A DNA stretch of 64,000 nt from NCBI RefSeq assembly GCF_009914755.1, contig NC_060930.1. The stretch is one strand, 5' to 3'. A model generated the notes under the pieces. That model was not told where the DNA came from. It did not search any database and saw only the letters and a program-made list of their open reading frames with translations. Below, piece by piece: positions 51,831 to 64,000 of this stretch. Position 1 is the first letter of the stretch, and every line of letters begins with the position of its first letter. The position numbers were made by a program, and so were the translations under genes. This DNA comes from the human T2T-CHM13v2.0 reference genome, Homo sapiens.

Positions 51831-52400
51831 CACAGTAGTGTGTGTTTGTGTGTGTATGTTTAGGTGGGTACACACAGGTGATGGCTAAAGAATAACTGTG
51901 ACAGACCAGAAGCTGGGTAAGTGATGCCAGCAGGCAGTATGACAACATGTTAACAAGTAGAGATGGGTGACCTAGTGCAGTGTTCTGTAGACTACAAAGT
52001 AATGACAGGTCCTGGAGAAGGTTATATAGCCCTGAGTGATCGCAGCTTATGCATCCATCATGTGAGTGCTGCTGGCTGAGTGTAATCTTGTTAACATCTT
52101 CATCTTTAAATAAGATTAGGAAAAATAGTCCATGGCAATACAAGTTGTTTATTTTTAAAGGCTATCTTCATTTTTTTAATAGAGAAAAAATAATATTGTT
52201 ATGTGCAAAATCTAAACATACTGGAGAAGTCGGTATCAGCTTACATTACTTTTTCATCATTATTCATTCACACGGTCTCTAATACACTTGAATGAAAATT
52301 TAAATTAGATCACTAGTGATAATGATATTTGAATTCTGGCATACAAAAGTAGTGGAGTAGGAGAGACAGCAGAGAGACAAAACTGACTTAGGTTAAGAAT

Positions 52401-52795
52401 CTGTTATGAGGAGTGTTAGGAGCTGACAACCTCCATCTGCCACACTGTTGGGATCTGCTTCAGCTTTCACTTTGAGACCATACTCCCATGAGCTGCTCCC
52501 AGCTGATGCTTGAGCATAGGGCCTGGAAATTTCTGCCCAATATGGGGCTTCTATATGTGTGATCTTTGCACTGGTGTTTCCCATTGGGTTGGCTCAAACT
52601 TTCTCAAAGCCCTACTGTATCTGAGATGCTTCCTAATGAGTCCCCCTTCCTCCCCTCTCTCCTTTTGCAGGTATCAGCTTTGCATCTTGGCCTGAAGGCT
52701 TTCCCTGATTACTTCTACTTCCTATCCCCCCAATCAATCTCTTGCCCTTGAATTCTTTCTTGATATCTGTTTGCTAGAGGACCCAAACTTACCCA
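52401..52795 (+). mobile_element. LTR16A-like ERVL solo LTR
   Basis: gggatctgcttcagct...ttctgcccaa...caatcaatctcttgc...gaggacccaaacttaccca. Confidence 0.75.
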
Positions 52796-52844
52796 GCATC
52801 TTTGTGATTATATAAATCAAATAAATAGAGCTATAGTTGAGAAT

Positions 52845-53018
52845 AGAGGTCAGCAAACTTTTTCATAAAGGGGTAGCTAGTAAATATTTTAGGCCTGGTG
52901 GGCCACACATGGTCTCAGTCATATGTTATTCTTTATTTTTTCTTACAACCTCTAAAACTGTAAAAGCCATTTTTAACTTGTGGGCTGTAAAAAACTGGCA
53001 ATAGTTTGCCTACTCCTG
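52845..53018 (-). mobile_element. MER58-family hAT element
   Basis: gaggtcagcaaacttttt...agtaaatattttaggc...tagtttgcctactcctg. Confidence 0.85.
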
Positions 53019-53964
53019 ATATAGGGTATAAGGCATTTAATTTTAAAAGTATTTGCTTATTTTCTCCATGTTTCAATTTTACTAACTATAAAATAAAGCT
53101 AGATCTGCCCACTAAGCTCGCAGGGACTTTCTTTTAGCTTTATCAGTGGCAGTGAATAATTTCAATCTGGCCTTGGAGTCTGAAGAAGGAGACTGAGATG
53201 TGGTAGAAATTCAGGAAGTGGAGGGGGTGCCAATGAAAATATGTGGATCTAAGGCAGGTAATCTCTGATGAAGAGAGAAAAATCATAGAAACAGAAAAAG
53301 TGAAATTATCAGAAGCCCTTCCTTCCAAAACTTCCATAAGCCAGCCATGCATGAGAACTTTGAATAAGAGGAAAGGCAGGGCGGAAGTAGAGAATAAGAA
53401 TGGATGGAGAAAGAAAGGCAAGGAGACAATGAGAAGGGCAAGAAAAGGGAGAGAAGTAGAGGCTGTTATGTTATTTTATTTTATTTTTACATAACAAAAT
53501 GGTTGAGAAAATATAGAAATAAAAATATCCAACCTCTGGGAGTGGAGTAGACAACCTAAAATTTGATTGAAAGGAGTAATTGTCCAGAAGTCATATTTTT
53601 CACTGCATAAAAGTAGCTCTCTGGGAAGAGAGCAGTATGTAATGGAACCCTGATTAAAGTCAATTATAATAAACTCAAGGAACATATTCTTAATAATTCA
53701 GATTTGATGTCAATGTTAGCTTTCAGAAAATTGATGCTATTTTAATGACAGCCATTAGAAGAAAAAGGGATTTAGAGCACTTAATAGAACACTGTACAGA
53801 ACAGTTCTGTTCATTCCCTCCAGGAAAATGTATCAGGATGTAGGAATCTTTGTTCTCTATTAAATGTCATAGGGGAAGGAACATAGGGTGTGGTTTTAGA
53901 CTAGAGGATATAAGTATGAAACCAAACCAAAGCGAGGGTCTAAATGGTATTAACTCTGAAGCAG

Positions 53965-54280
53965 ATGCCTGTTGTGCTTAATTACACCATTTCCTTTTTC
54001 TGGGCACTTAAGTTGGGGCAATACCTCTGAGTTTTAGCTAGTGAGATGAAGGCAGAAATGTCCCTTAAAACATTCCTCTTGACCTCCCTCTCCACTACTC
54101 TCTACTTCTGCAGTGATCTTGAAGGTCAAGCATTGCAGTTGGAATAGCTACAAGTTGAAGGAGGGCAGCCCTATCAATGCCATGCTATGTCCAAATGAGA
54201 AATAAATTGAAATTAGACTAAACCAATAATATTTTGTGGTTTATTTGCTACTTTAACAGAGGCTAGCCTATAGTGACCAG
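53965..54280 (+). mobile_element. MLT1 (I/J-like) LTR
   Basis: agtgagatgaaggcagaaatg...atgagaaataaatt...tggtttatttgctac. Confidence 0.55.
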
Positions 54281-54879
54281 CAGAGATTCTGCAGGCATGA
54301 AGCCATGGTCAATGACTTGCTACACGCGGAGCTCAGGAAAATATTTGAATGTTACATTTGGTAAGCCAGCGTGGTTAAAGGGGCACATACAGGGCCGCAA
54401 GAATGCCTTCCGTTGAAAAGCAGATTAAGAGGGAAGCAGATGTTGCTGGAGTCATTTCAAGGTTTCAAAATTTGTTTAAAGCAGAGCCCAAAGAATGATA
54501 ACTGCCCAGATGAATTCAAGCAAGCCTTTCAAGGCTATCGGAAAAGAAAGAAAATCAGACCCGATATACCATCGATAGCAACACTGAGGCAGCATCTGAG
54601 ACCAATTGCTGGTGCTGTTGGGTTCTGGTTGAGATTCTGTTTCCTATTGTTTAAAAATTAGTGAATAGGGAAGGTTTTCCTGAAGAGAAATTATTGTAGA
54701 AAATAGAGAGTGGGTAATACAGAAAAGGTAGATAGCTGTGCATTGGAGGCCTGATACAGTCAGTTACCTGCTCTGATCTTTCCTGGCCCCTGCTAAAAAT
54801 TGTAATGGGTCCTCTGTCTTCTCCCTAAAGCCCCATACATGTTTACCATACTGGATTGTTTCCTGTTGCCCAAATGAAT

Positions 54880-55265
54880 CTTCCATTCTCCTAGTTTAAT
54901 GGCTTCACTTATCTTGGTTTCCCTGATGGACATGCTCTTCTTTCTCACTTTTTCCTGATGAAATCCCAGCTCTTTTTCAAGGCCTAGATCAAATGCCATC
55001 TTCTACACAAAGGATTTCCTGTTGATTCTAGTCTATCATTTTCTTCCTCAATTCTCTCATAGAACCACATAACTTTCTGATACCACTTTCCTTCTACTTG
55101 TACTGTAGTTATTTGTATTTATGTCTTTTCTCTCCAACTATTTTGTAAACTTCTTGAGATCATGTTGAATTTATTTTTTTGTATGCCACGTAGTACAAAT
55201 CAGAATTTCTGGTCTTAGTGTGTGATACATAAATGTTTAATTCAATTGAAGATAATTGAAGAATA
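54880..55265 (+). mobile_element. L2 3' end
   Basis: ttcaaggcctagatcaaatgccatcttct...ttgtaaacttcttgag. Confidence 0.75.
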
Positions 55266-55339
55266 AAAAGACTAATTTCTTTTGGCATTACTAGGCATGA
55301 AGACATATTAAATATGATAAATTAGCAGAATAGTGTTAT

Positions 55340-56460
55340 AAAAAATGAAGTGAGATGAAGGGAAAAATTGGTAGCCAAACAGTTCTTAGTAAATATAAGG
55401 TGACACAAATAATGAAATATTATAAATTAATGATGGTGGGATAGTTACTTTGATATTTGTTTAAAAAATAGGAAAAAGAAACAAAATTGGTTTAGATCTT
55501 ATCTTATACTCTACCAAAACAAATTCCAGAGAGAAATACAGAAATAACAATAAAATAATCAAGCCAGAAAATATAGAAAAGATTAACATCTATTCTGTGT
55601 CTAGATTTGGAAGGACTTATAGCCTTAAAAGCACTGGAAGAAATCATAAAGAAAAAAATTATAACAGACTTTAAAAACAAGTTCAAACAACTTTGGTACT
55701 TAAAAACAAACAATACAAACCATAATTTAAAGACAAGCTTCAACTCGGGGGTGGGGGAAAATATTTGCAAGGAATATCATTAAAAACAGAATTTATAACC
55801 CTAAAGTATAAAGAGCTTACATAAATTAGATGAACAATAGGACTACAACAGTACTTAAACTGATAATTGATAAAGAGAAAATAAAATGTTCAACCCATTA
55901 AAGAAATGCAAATTAAAAGAACAATGAGAACCAATTTTTGACCTATAGAAAATATTAAAGATTTAATGTACTGAATTTTAATGTGGGTCAGTGAGTCATT
56001 CATTTATATAATACTAATGGAAGTGAGAATGTTCTAGAAAGCAATTTAATAATATGTATCAATAGACTAAAATATTCATAACTACTTACTGATTAATTCC
56101 ACTTTTAAGAATCAATACCTAAAGAAATTTTGCACATAATGATGTTTATAAAAGTGTTATTAAGAATGGTGAATATGAGCAACAATCTACAGTATATATT
56201 CAGCATGAGGAAAATTAGTAAATTATAACATATTTAGAGAGAAAATTGTATGTAGTCTCTGAAAATAATTTTTATAAAGAGTTTTGAACGATGTGAATAA
56301 TTTCTTATGATATGATATTGAACAAGAACATAAGATATAGTATACCTGTGTAAAATTTCATACAAAGAAAAGTTTTTCAAAACATTTGTGCTGGTGTTGG
56401 CATAATACATGTATTTTTCTCTTTCATAATTTTCAGATTTTCTCAATAATCATGCAAAGA
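55340..56460 (+). mobile_element. Degraded L1ME/MC ORF2 tail and 3'UTR
   Basis: aaagaaatgcaaattaaaagaacaatgaga; ttctagaaagcaattt. Confidence 0.7.
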
Positions 56461-56669
56461 TTTTTAGACAGAAAACTGTAAGCAAAATATACAAATTTTT
56501 AAGACTAATGACTTCAATACAAAACTGGGAAAGTAAGATGATAAAGGACCTACATGTACAAAATAGAATTTGAATTTCAGAGTATTTTCAAAGGCCTTTA
56601 AGAAGGTATGGCATTTAGAAGAACATTCAGTTTGCATAGATTGAAGTAATTTTAATAGAGGGATCACTT

Positions 56670-57031
56670 ATGAAAGTAGAAGAGATAGTTCATAATCCAA
56701 GGGCTACCAAAATGAGAAGCTGTTTCCACCCCTAGAGCTGAGGTGGCAATGAGATAGAGTGGTGACAAGAATCAGAAGAGGGTAGCTGTATGGAGAAGTT
56801 TGCCTAGCAGGGTCAACCAGTATGCAGAGATCAGAAGGGGGAGCAAGGGGCATAATGACCTCAATTTCACTTGCCTCCTACTTGCCAAGCTCCTGCAGAT
56901 GCTCTCCATTGGGTGACCCCAACTGGAAGTTAGGGACCAAGGGGGCCTGTTGGTGCAGATCAGCTTCCCAAGGCACGTAGCAGAGTGGAGGGAAGAGAGG
57001 AGATCAGAATGATAAATGAAAATACGGCACA
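56670..57031 (-). mobile_element. LTR33-like ERVL LTR
   Basis: ctccattgggtgaccccaactggaagttagggaccaaggggg...gaaaatacggcaca. Confidence 0.75.
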
Positions 57032-58463
57032 GATGCTGTGGGAAAAAAAGAAAAGCTTGTCATGAAGGATCTCATAATGCATTCTTTACAAACAAATTGT
57101 TGGTTAAAGTCAATATGAGTTGGGGAATTGATTAATTGAAGATCTTCCAATGGAAGAAGAAGCCTGATCAATAAGGTTTGTTGCATATGCTACACATAGC
57201 AAAAGATTTTTGGATACAGCTAATATTGTGGGGGAAATAAAACAGGCTATAGTAACAAACAATTTATAAACTCTCATTAAAATGAAAGCAGAATGGCAAA
57301 GACTCACCAATTTAGGGGTAAAAATTTCCTGGAATAGCAAAAATGCTGTAGCTTACAGATAAATATGTGTTTGAATCAGGGAAAGAACTAAGAAGGTTAG
57401 GACAAATTGTAGTAAAGAGGATACAGAAACTGGTGAGGTGAAAATGATGGTAATTTGAAAAACTGGAATGTAGCAGAAGTGTATGTAAATTGCATACATT
57501 TTGGTATCTTTATGTAAAAAAGAACAAAAGTGGAAGTTTGGGAGGTGAAGTTTGAAGTTAAAAATCTATTATGGTTTTGTTATTTGTGATTATTTAAATC
57601 TAAATTTAATAACAAGTTTTGCAATCTCCCTGTCTGCTTTATCGAGTGTTAATGTTCAATGATACTGCATTCATTTGAAACACATTTTTCGTGAATTACT
57701 TAGTAATGTGGTCATGTTACAAAAAGCAGAATACAGTAGCTTGCCAAAGTTTTTGGATAATTGTTTTAGTGGTCATAGTACAGTATCACTCTTGGCAAAT
57801 AAAATGTGGCTGTTTTGGAAAGACAGCATTTCCTTCAAAGGTTAAAAATATATTGACAACCTCTGAGATTCAACAGGAACTCATCTTTAAGATAAGGCCC
57901 ACATAAAAAGTTTAGATATTGCCTGATGGCAGAGAGATAAATGGTTGTCAGAAAATGAAAATGGCTCATTTTATAAGTGTGAGTGGCAATTTTCCTATAA
58001 CTCTGTCATATGGATAAAGTACATGCCTTTCTGACGCAGCCTGGCTGAAGGGAAGGAAGGAATAGCCAGGATTAATGAGATAAATGAAAATAATATTTAT
58101 TTTCTGAGGCACTCTATTAACATCTTCGAGTGGGTCTGCCAGAATCTTTCTCCCAATATCATTATGTGAATGACATAGTTAAGACATTTATTAAGTTAAC
58201 AGAAGTAGAGAATAGAGGTACCCTGCAGAAACATCTTTGGCAAAAATGAAGGGATCTGTTGCGACTCTGCATATATCTGTTGCTCTTCTTTTGCCTAATT
58301 TTATCTCTGTGTGTTTGAAATGTGTTCACTGTACTTCCCTTCTATTTAGAGCTTGATAAAGGGAAGTTGAAAGGTATAATATGACATTTTTAACTCTTAA
58401 GAATAAAGATAACCTATGGCTTAGCTAAAATATTAATTTCACAGCAAAACTATTGCTTGTATC

Positions 58464-58541
58464 AGAGAGAGAAAGAGGAGAGGAGAGGAGGGGAGGGCAA
58501 AGGAGGGGAGGGCAAAGAAGGGGAGGAGAAGAGAGGAGAGA
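58464..58541. repeat. (GGAGA/GGGGA)n polypurine tract
   Basis: About 78 bp of almost pure purine. Confidence 0.9.
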
Positions 58542-59039
58542 TTTGCTAATATAAGTTGTGACCTAAAACTTAAAAAGCATTTTTAATTGGTCAGACATGG
58601 AGTATGTTTGCCTGTTTAATCTTTTTACTTGCTTGTGTATTGAAGAGTACTTTCAAATTTAGCTGAGTGTCCTCTACACATTCAGGAAAGTAATACTTAC
58701 GGGAGATAGTCCTGTCAGATACATGTGTGATATATTTGTTAATATATAGTATAACACAAACTTGCATTATACTATAATTTCCCACTCACTTACCCTAAAT
58801 GCTAACCCACTAATGTTAGTATGAGACCAGCCATGAGGCAGTCTTGAATTTATATGCTACTTCCCTGTCTCGGTCATTTTATCTTGAAAGTACCCTACAA
58901 CATCTACAGATATCTCATACAAAATACACCAATCAAAAGACCAACAGCATATGTGTGTACATTTTGCCTTGCCCAGTGTATCCTTTTGGATGTTTTTGGT
59001 TCAGTCTTCAGATCTGCATAAGTATTGGAGGTTCTCAGG

Positions 59040-59450
59040 GGCCCAATAATCCCACTCTCCAGAGGCAAACTCTGTGATTAGTATTTATCTTTCCAGTCTT
59101 ACTAGATGCACATTTAAATGTGTATATGTTCTATATTATGCATACCGAACTGTAATCTGCTTTTACTCATGTAATATGTGGTAAGTCAGTACCTAAAAAT
59201 TATCTGATCCTTTCAAGTGGCTGCATGGTATTCTGTTGTATGGACCCACTCCAATTTATTTTTAAAATGATTGGTGAATTCTAGGTTGTTTCAGATATTA
59301 GTAATGAAATAACGACTTTATGAACCTCACAATGACACATACATTTGCATTTTTATTTATTCCATAGGATAAATCCAAAATGTGGAATTACTGAGACTAC
59401 ATACATTTAGATTGTTGGTGTGCTTTGCAACATTGCCATTAGAAAGGTTG
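59040..59450 (-). mobile_element. L1ME remnant
   Basis: ggctgcatggtattctgttgtatgg...ctaggttgtttcag...ggataaatccaaaatgtggaatt. Confidence 0.65.
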
Positions 59451-59462
59451 ATTAAAATTTTA

Positions 59463-59779
<317 letters not shown>

Positions 59780-61174
59780 TTAAAATCCAAGCAGTTAACA
59801 AAAAAAGAAAAAGGGGGGGTGGATTTTCTTTTTTCTGTTTTCCTAGAGTACACTCATTTTCCTCATTATTTGGGGCAGATGTTAAATGGTATCATTTTTC
59901 TCTCTCTCGTGCCACTTTATGAACCCTCGTGTTTGCCAGTGTTCTTCCTTTAATGTTGTGACCAGAGTTACTGATCCTTATTATAATCCGTGTGGACTCT
60001 TCCCTTTCGGAAAGAATGCACATCCCTTTGTGGGATTAACCGAGAAGGAGAGGTTCTCTGTCATCTGATGAGATTGATGCTAATCCTGACATGACTCACT
60101 GAGTGGAACCTATTTCTTTCTAACTTAATGGTGGTGATTTTTGCAGCTTTGAAAATAAATTCTATTTAATATTTGCCTGTGACTTAGGATTTTTTCCCCC
60201 GTGAACAATTTCCTTTGTACAGCAGCATATATGATTATATGATTTCTGATTGTGTGAATTTCAGCTGGATCAGAGCATAAATGGTCAAACTCAATAGCCA
60301 TTAGACATTGATAGTTGTTAAAACTTCTACCAGACACATTATTTCTCTGTGTGCTCAAGCATGGATTTCACAGTTTAACAGAAGACTTTTTCTGCATGTT
60401 ATATTTAAGAAATCACATTGAATCTTATGAATATAGTAAAAAGAATGTGTTTAAGATTTAAAGCCTTGTGTCATATCATTTCAATGTTATAATAACATGT
60501 ATTGGGGTAGTAAAAATGGCACTTTCTCTGGCTTTACGTGAGACTGATATTATATATGTGCATGAAAGGAATTGATGAGAAATGGAACTGTGAATAAATT
60601 TTTTCATATCAGTTATACCTAAGACCATGAGAATATGATTATCTAGAATGTGAATTTTTGAGTTTTTAATCACACAGTGGTTTGTAAATTTAAGATCATA
60701 ACATTAAGTAATTTTCTTCTTAGAACAAGGGTTATTTAATCTGGAAAATGAGGATAATATCATTCCCGTCCCACATATAAAACAATGTATTTATAATATA
60801 ATAAATCTGTATTTGACAAGAAAGAAAATATGCATCCATTTTCTAATCCTTGTTATTACCTAAATCCTGTTTTTGCTGCTTATGTAAAATGTCAAGAATT
60901 TTATGTGGCTGTTCTTGATGCTTCATACTAATTGTCTAAGTAATCCAAGTACATAGTTTATGTGTCCAACTTCAAAAAGAGATCACCCTCTAAAGGGAGA
61001 AACATGGACATCACTGGGGAACAAAAAGTTCAGGAAAAAAAATTCCTCCTATTTTGTATTTTCATTTTGCCTTACATTCTTCTTTTCCACATTCCCAGTC
61101 TGATTTTTAATGCTGTGTCAAGTATATGTATTAAACCAATATCTGAGAGTTGACATTAAACACTTCAAAATAAA

Positions 61175-61600
61175 AACAATTTCTGCTTTACAGATGGTAA
61201 AATGGAATCCCTGTGAGTTTAAGTGACTTTCTGAAGAGTGTACATCTAGTAGGGAAGGAGCTGGGCCTGGAACCCAGAGCTCTTCTGTACCCAAACATTG
61301 TCCTCACCTAATCTTCCCTGCCTCCTTGGGCATTTTTTCTCATGTATCAATGTTGTATAACCTGTGTATTTCATGAGTACTAGCTGGTATAGTAAAAAGA
61401 ATGCTGCACTAAAAATCAGAAATCTGGAGTTCTGGGTCAACATTTTTATCTTATTAGTTCTGTGATCTTAGGCTTTGATGTAAATTTTCCTGAACTTTCT
61501 GGAGAATGAGGCTGATAATAATATCTACTTTTCTTACCTACTTTGCAGGAATGATGTATGCACACAATACAAATTTTATGTATTGTGAAGCTTTCTGAGA
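61175..61600. mobile_element. Two MIR remnants (- about 61175-61295; + about 61380-61600)
   Basis: ttttacagatggtaaaatgga; cagaaatctggagttctggg...ctgtgatcttagg. Confidence 0.65.
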
Positions 61601-62148
61601 AACTATTATTGTTCAAAATTTTCACCGTGCCTCCCTATGGCAGGATTTATACTTCCTCTTTCCACTGATGTGTGATTGGGCATGTGCTTTGCTTTGGCAA
61701 ATAAAACATGAGCAGAATTGCTATGCTTTGTTATAAGCAGAGACTTTTGATTTCTTTTCCCTGACTCTATTTTCTTTTATTTCTGCTTGCAAACCAGGCA
61801 ATTCTTTTCTGAGCTCATCTCTTTTTTGTAATTAGTTGCTAAACATAGCCAAGAGTAGCCCATATACAGTATTAAAAAGCGCCAACTGTTAAAAGACAAA
61901 ACTTTAAAGGCCTTGAAGCCACATGAGCTAATTAAAACAGACAAAATGAGACAAAAGCAAGAGTATGGCCCTAAATTCCATTGTTAAAAATCTTCAAATT
62001 GACTGAGATGACACCTACTAAATTATTTCAGCTGGATAAAATTTCCCAGGGAGAAAAGATCATAACTCTCTGACAGAAGCCTGATATGCTAAATCTAGTG
62101 TGGAGGTGTGTTCTAAAAGGAATTGCTGCTGTGGCTTTTGTCACATAG

Positions 62149-62492
<344 letters not shown>

Positions 62493-62788
62493 GATGTTGT
62501 GTTTTTATAGGCTAGTGTGACCCCAAACCCAATTAATCCTAAGTAAAAGAGACTCAATTTTCAAAACTTAATATGACTACTGGGCCTATCATCTTTTATG
62601 GGCAGACAACAGGATGTCAAATTTGCTCAGGTTCCAAGAAGGTCTTATGATCTAATATCCTCCTTAGAGATAAAGGAGGATGAGGGAAAAAGAGCTCCCA
62701 TAGGGCAGAACTCATGGCTATTGAGAATAATGGAATAGAGAGCTTCTCCCCCAGGTAGAAACAGAGCCTAATAAGAAACATTTCCTAC

Positions 62789-62997
62789 TGATTGGTCTGC
62801 TAGGGCTACCATAACAAAATACCATGGACTAGATGGCTTAAACAACAGAAATATATATTTTTCACAGTTTTGGAAGCTGGAAGTCTGAGATTAGGGTGCT
62901 AGCACGGTGATTTTCTGCTGAGGGCTCTCTTCCTGGCTTGTAGGCAGCCACCTTCTCACTGTGTATTCACCTGGCCTTTCCTTGGTGCATGTATGTG

Positions 62998-63038
<41 letters not shown>

Positions 63039-63255
63039 GCAGGGTGTGGGGGTCGGTGGGGTGGTAAGAGGCAAGTTCTCTTGTGTCTCTTCTTACAAGT
63101 ACACTAAAGATGATATCTCTAAGGAAGGAGGTAAGGTTAAATGAGGCCATAATGGTGGGGCCTTGATCTGATAGGAATAAAATACAACTACACTGGGCGG
63201 GGGCAGGACTTCATGATATGAATTTTGGAGGGATACAAACATTCACTTCATAATA
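62789..63255 (-). mobile_element. MLT1A-type solo LTR with internal (TG)n and a micro-inversion
   Basis: Perfect 5-bp TSD cctac at 62784-88 and 63256-60; (TG)15 at 63001-63030. Confidence 0.9.
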
Positions 63256-64000
63256 CCTACCTTCAAGGTTGGCTACTTACAATGCTTGAGAGCGGGGTTT
63301 TAGAATTGCTGTGAAACAATGGCTGGATGCATCTTTCATTCTTCTTGTTTCTGAATAGGAGTGCTTATTATGATGGGGAGTGGGGAAGGAAGGGCTGATA
63401 ACTTGACTTTTTTGTTTTGGATCTTTGGACCAAGGGAAGCCACACATAGACCTAATGTTGAAACTCTCATAAGAGTTTGAGTCTCATGCTTTGACCAGAT
63501 GATGAATCTTTGAATTGCCTCCTTATGGAGATAGGAGGGGAATTATTGTGTTTTGTACATGGACAGAAGATGTTAAATATTCGTGAACAAGAGAGTAGAA
63601 CTATGATATGACATGACACAATGTGTTTTCTGTCCTCCCTGCTGTGCCCCTTCTTGTGTGTCTGCCTGTGGAAAGATTATATATTCTAATCCCATTGATG
63701 TCAGATTTGGCAATAAGGCTTGTTTTGTGTGGCCAAGAAAATGTGAACAAAAGTGATGTTTGTCACTTTCAAGTGGCAACTTTAAGCTAGAGTGTGCTTC
63801 ACTGGGAGGTGAACAGCATTGTAGATAAAGGTTACTTTGTCAGTCTGAATGCTGTTAAGATAACGCTGAGCAGAACCATAATAGGCTTGTGGGACGGATG
63901 TGGGATAGAGAGTAAAAGTACAATGAAACAAAGCTTTTGTTGTGAGCCACTGAGATTTTCAGATTGTTTATTAGCACATTATAACCCAGGCTTGGCAAGC

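Noticed and set aside
51679-52143. Longest ORF (154 aa)
   Set aside because: Crosses L2/MIR-like remnants and a TG repeat; no domain-like composition

Overview
AT-rich primate (human-like, probably hominoid) intronic or intergenic DNA. I find no credible protein-coding exon, structural RNA gene, CpG island or CRISPR array. The listed ORFs that can be assigned are translations of Alu, L1, Tigger, LTR or microsatellite sequence; the rest look like chance ORFs. Roughly half of the window is interspersed repeat. It holds eight Alus (most with recoverable target-site duplications, TSDs), a full-length Tigger1 nested in a MER63, a near full-length ancient L1ME with three nested insertions, several MaLR/ERVL LTRs, a probable two-LTR MLT1 element, and many L2/MIR remnants. 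I see no evidence of a new multi-gene system. The most notable signals are mechanistic: an old L1MA fragment with a perfect 16-bp TSD (possible secondary retroposition), a short 3' transduction, an AluYd-lineage element, a 69-bp micro-inversion, a template-switch palindrome, a 108-bp tandem duplication, a possible ancient RTE-X (L4) remnant, and a candidate OTX/CRX-type enhancer. Subfamily names come from recalled consensus sequences, not from a database search. Boundaries of old elements are approximate.
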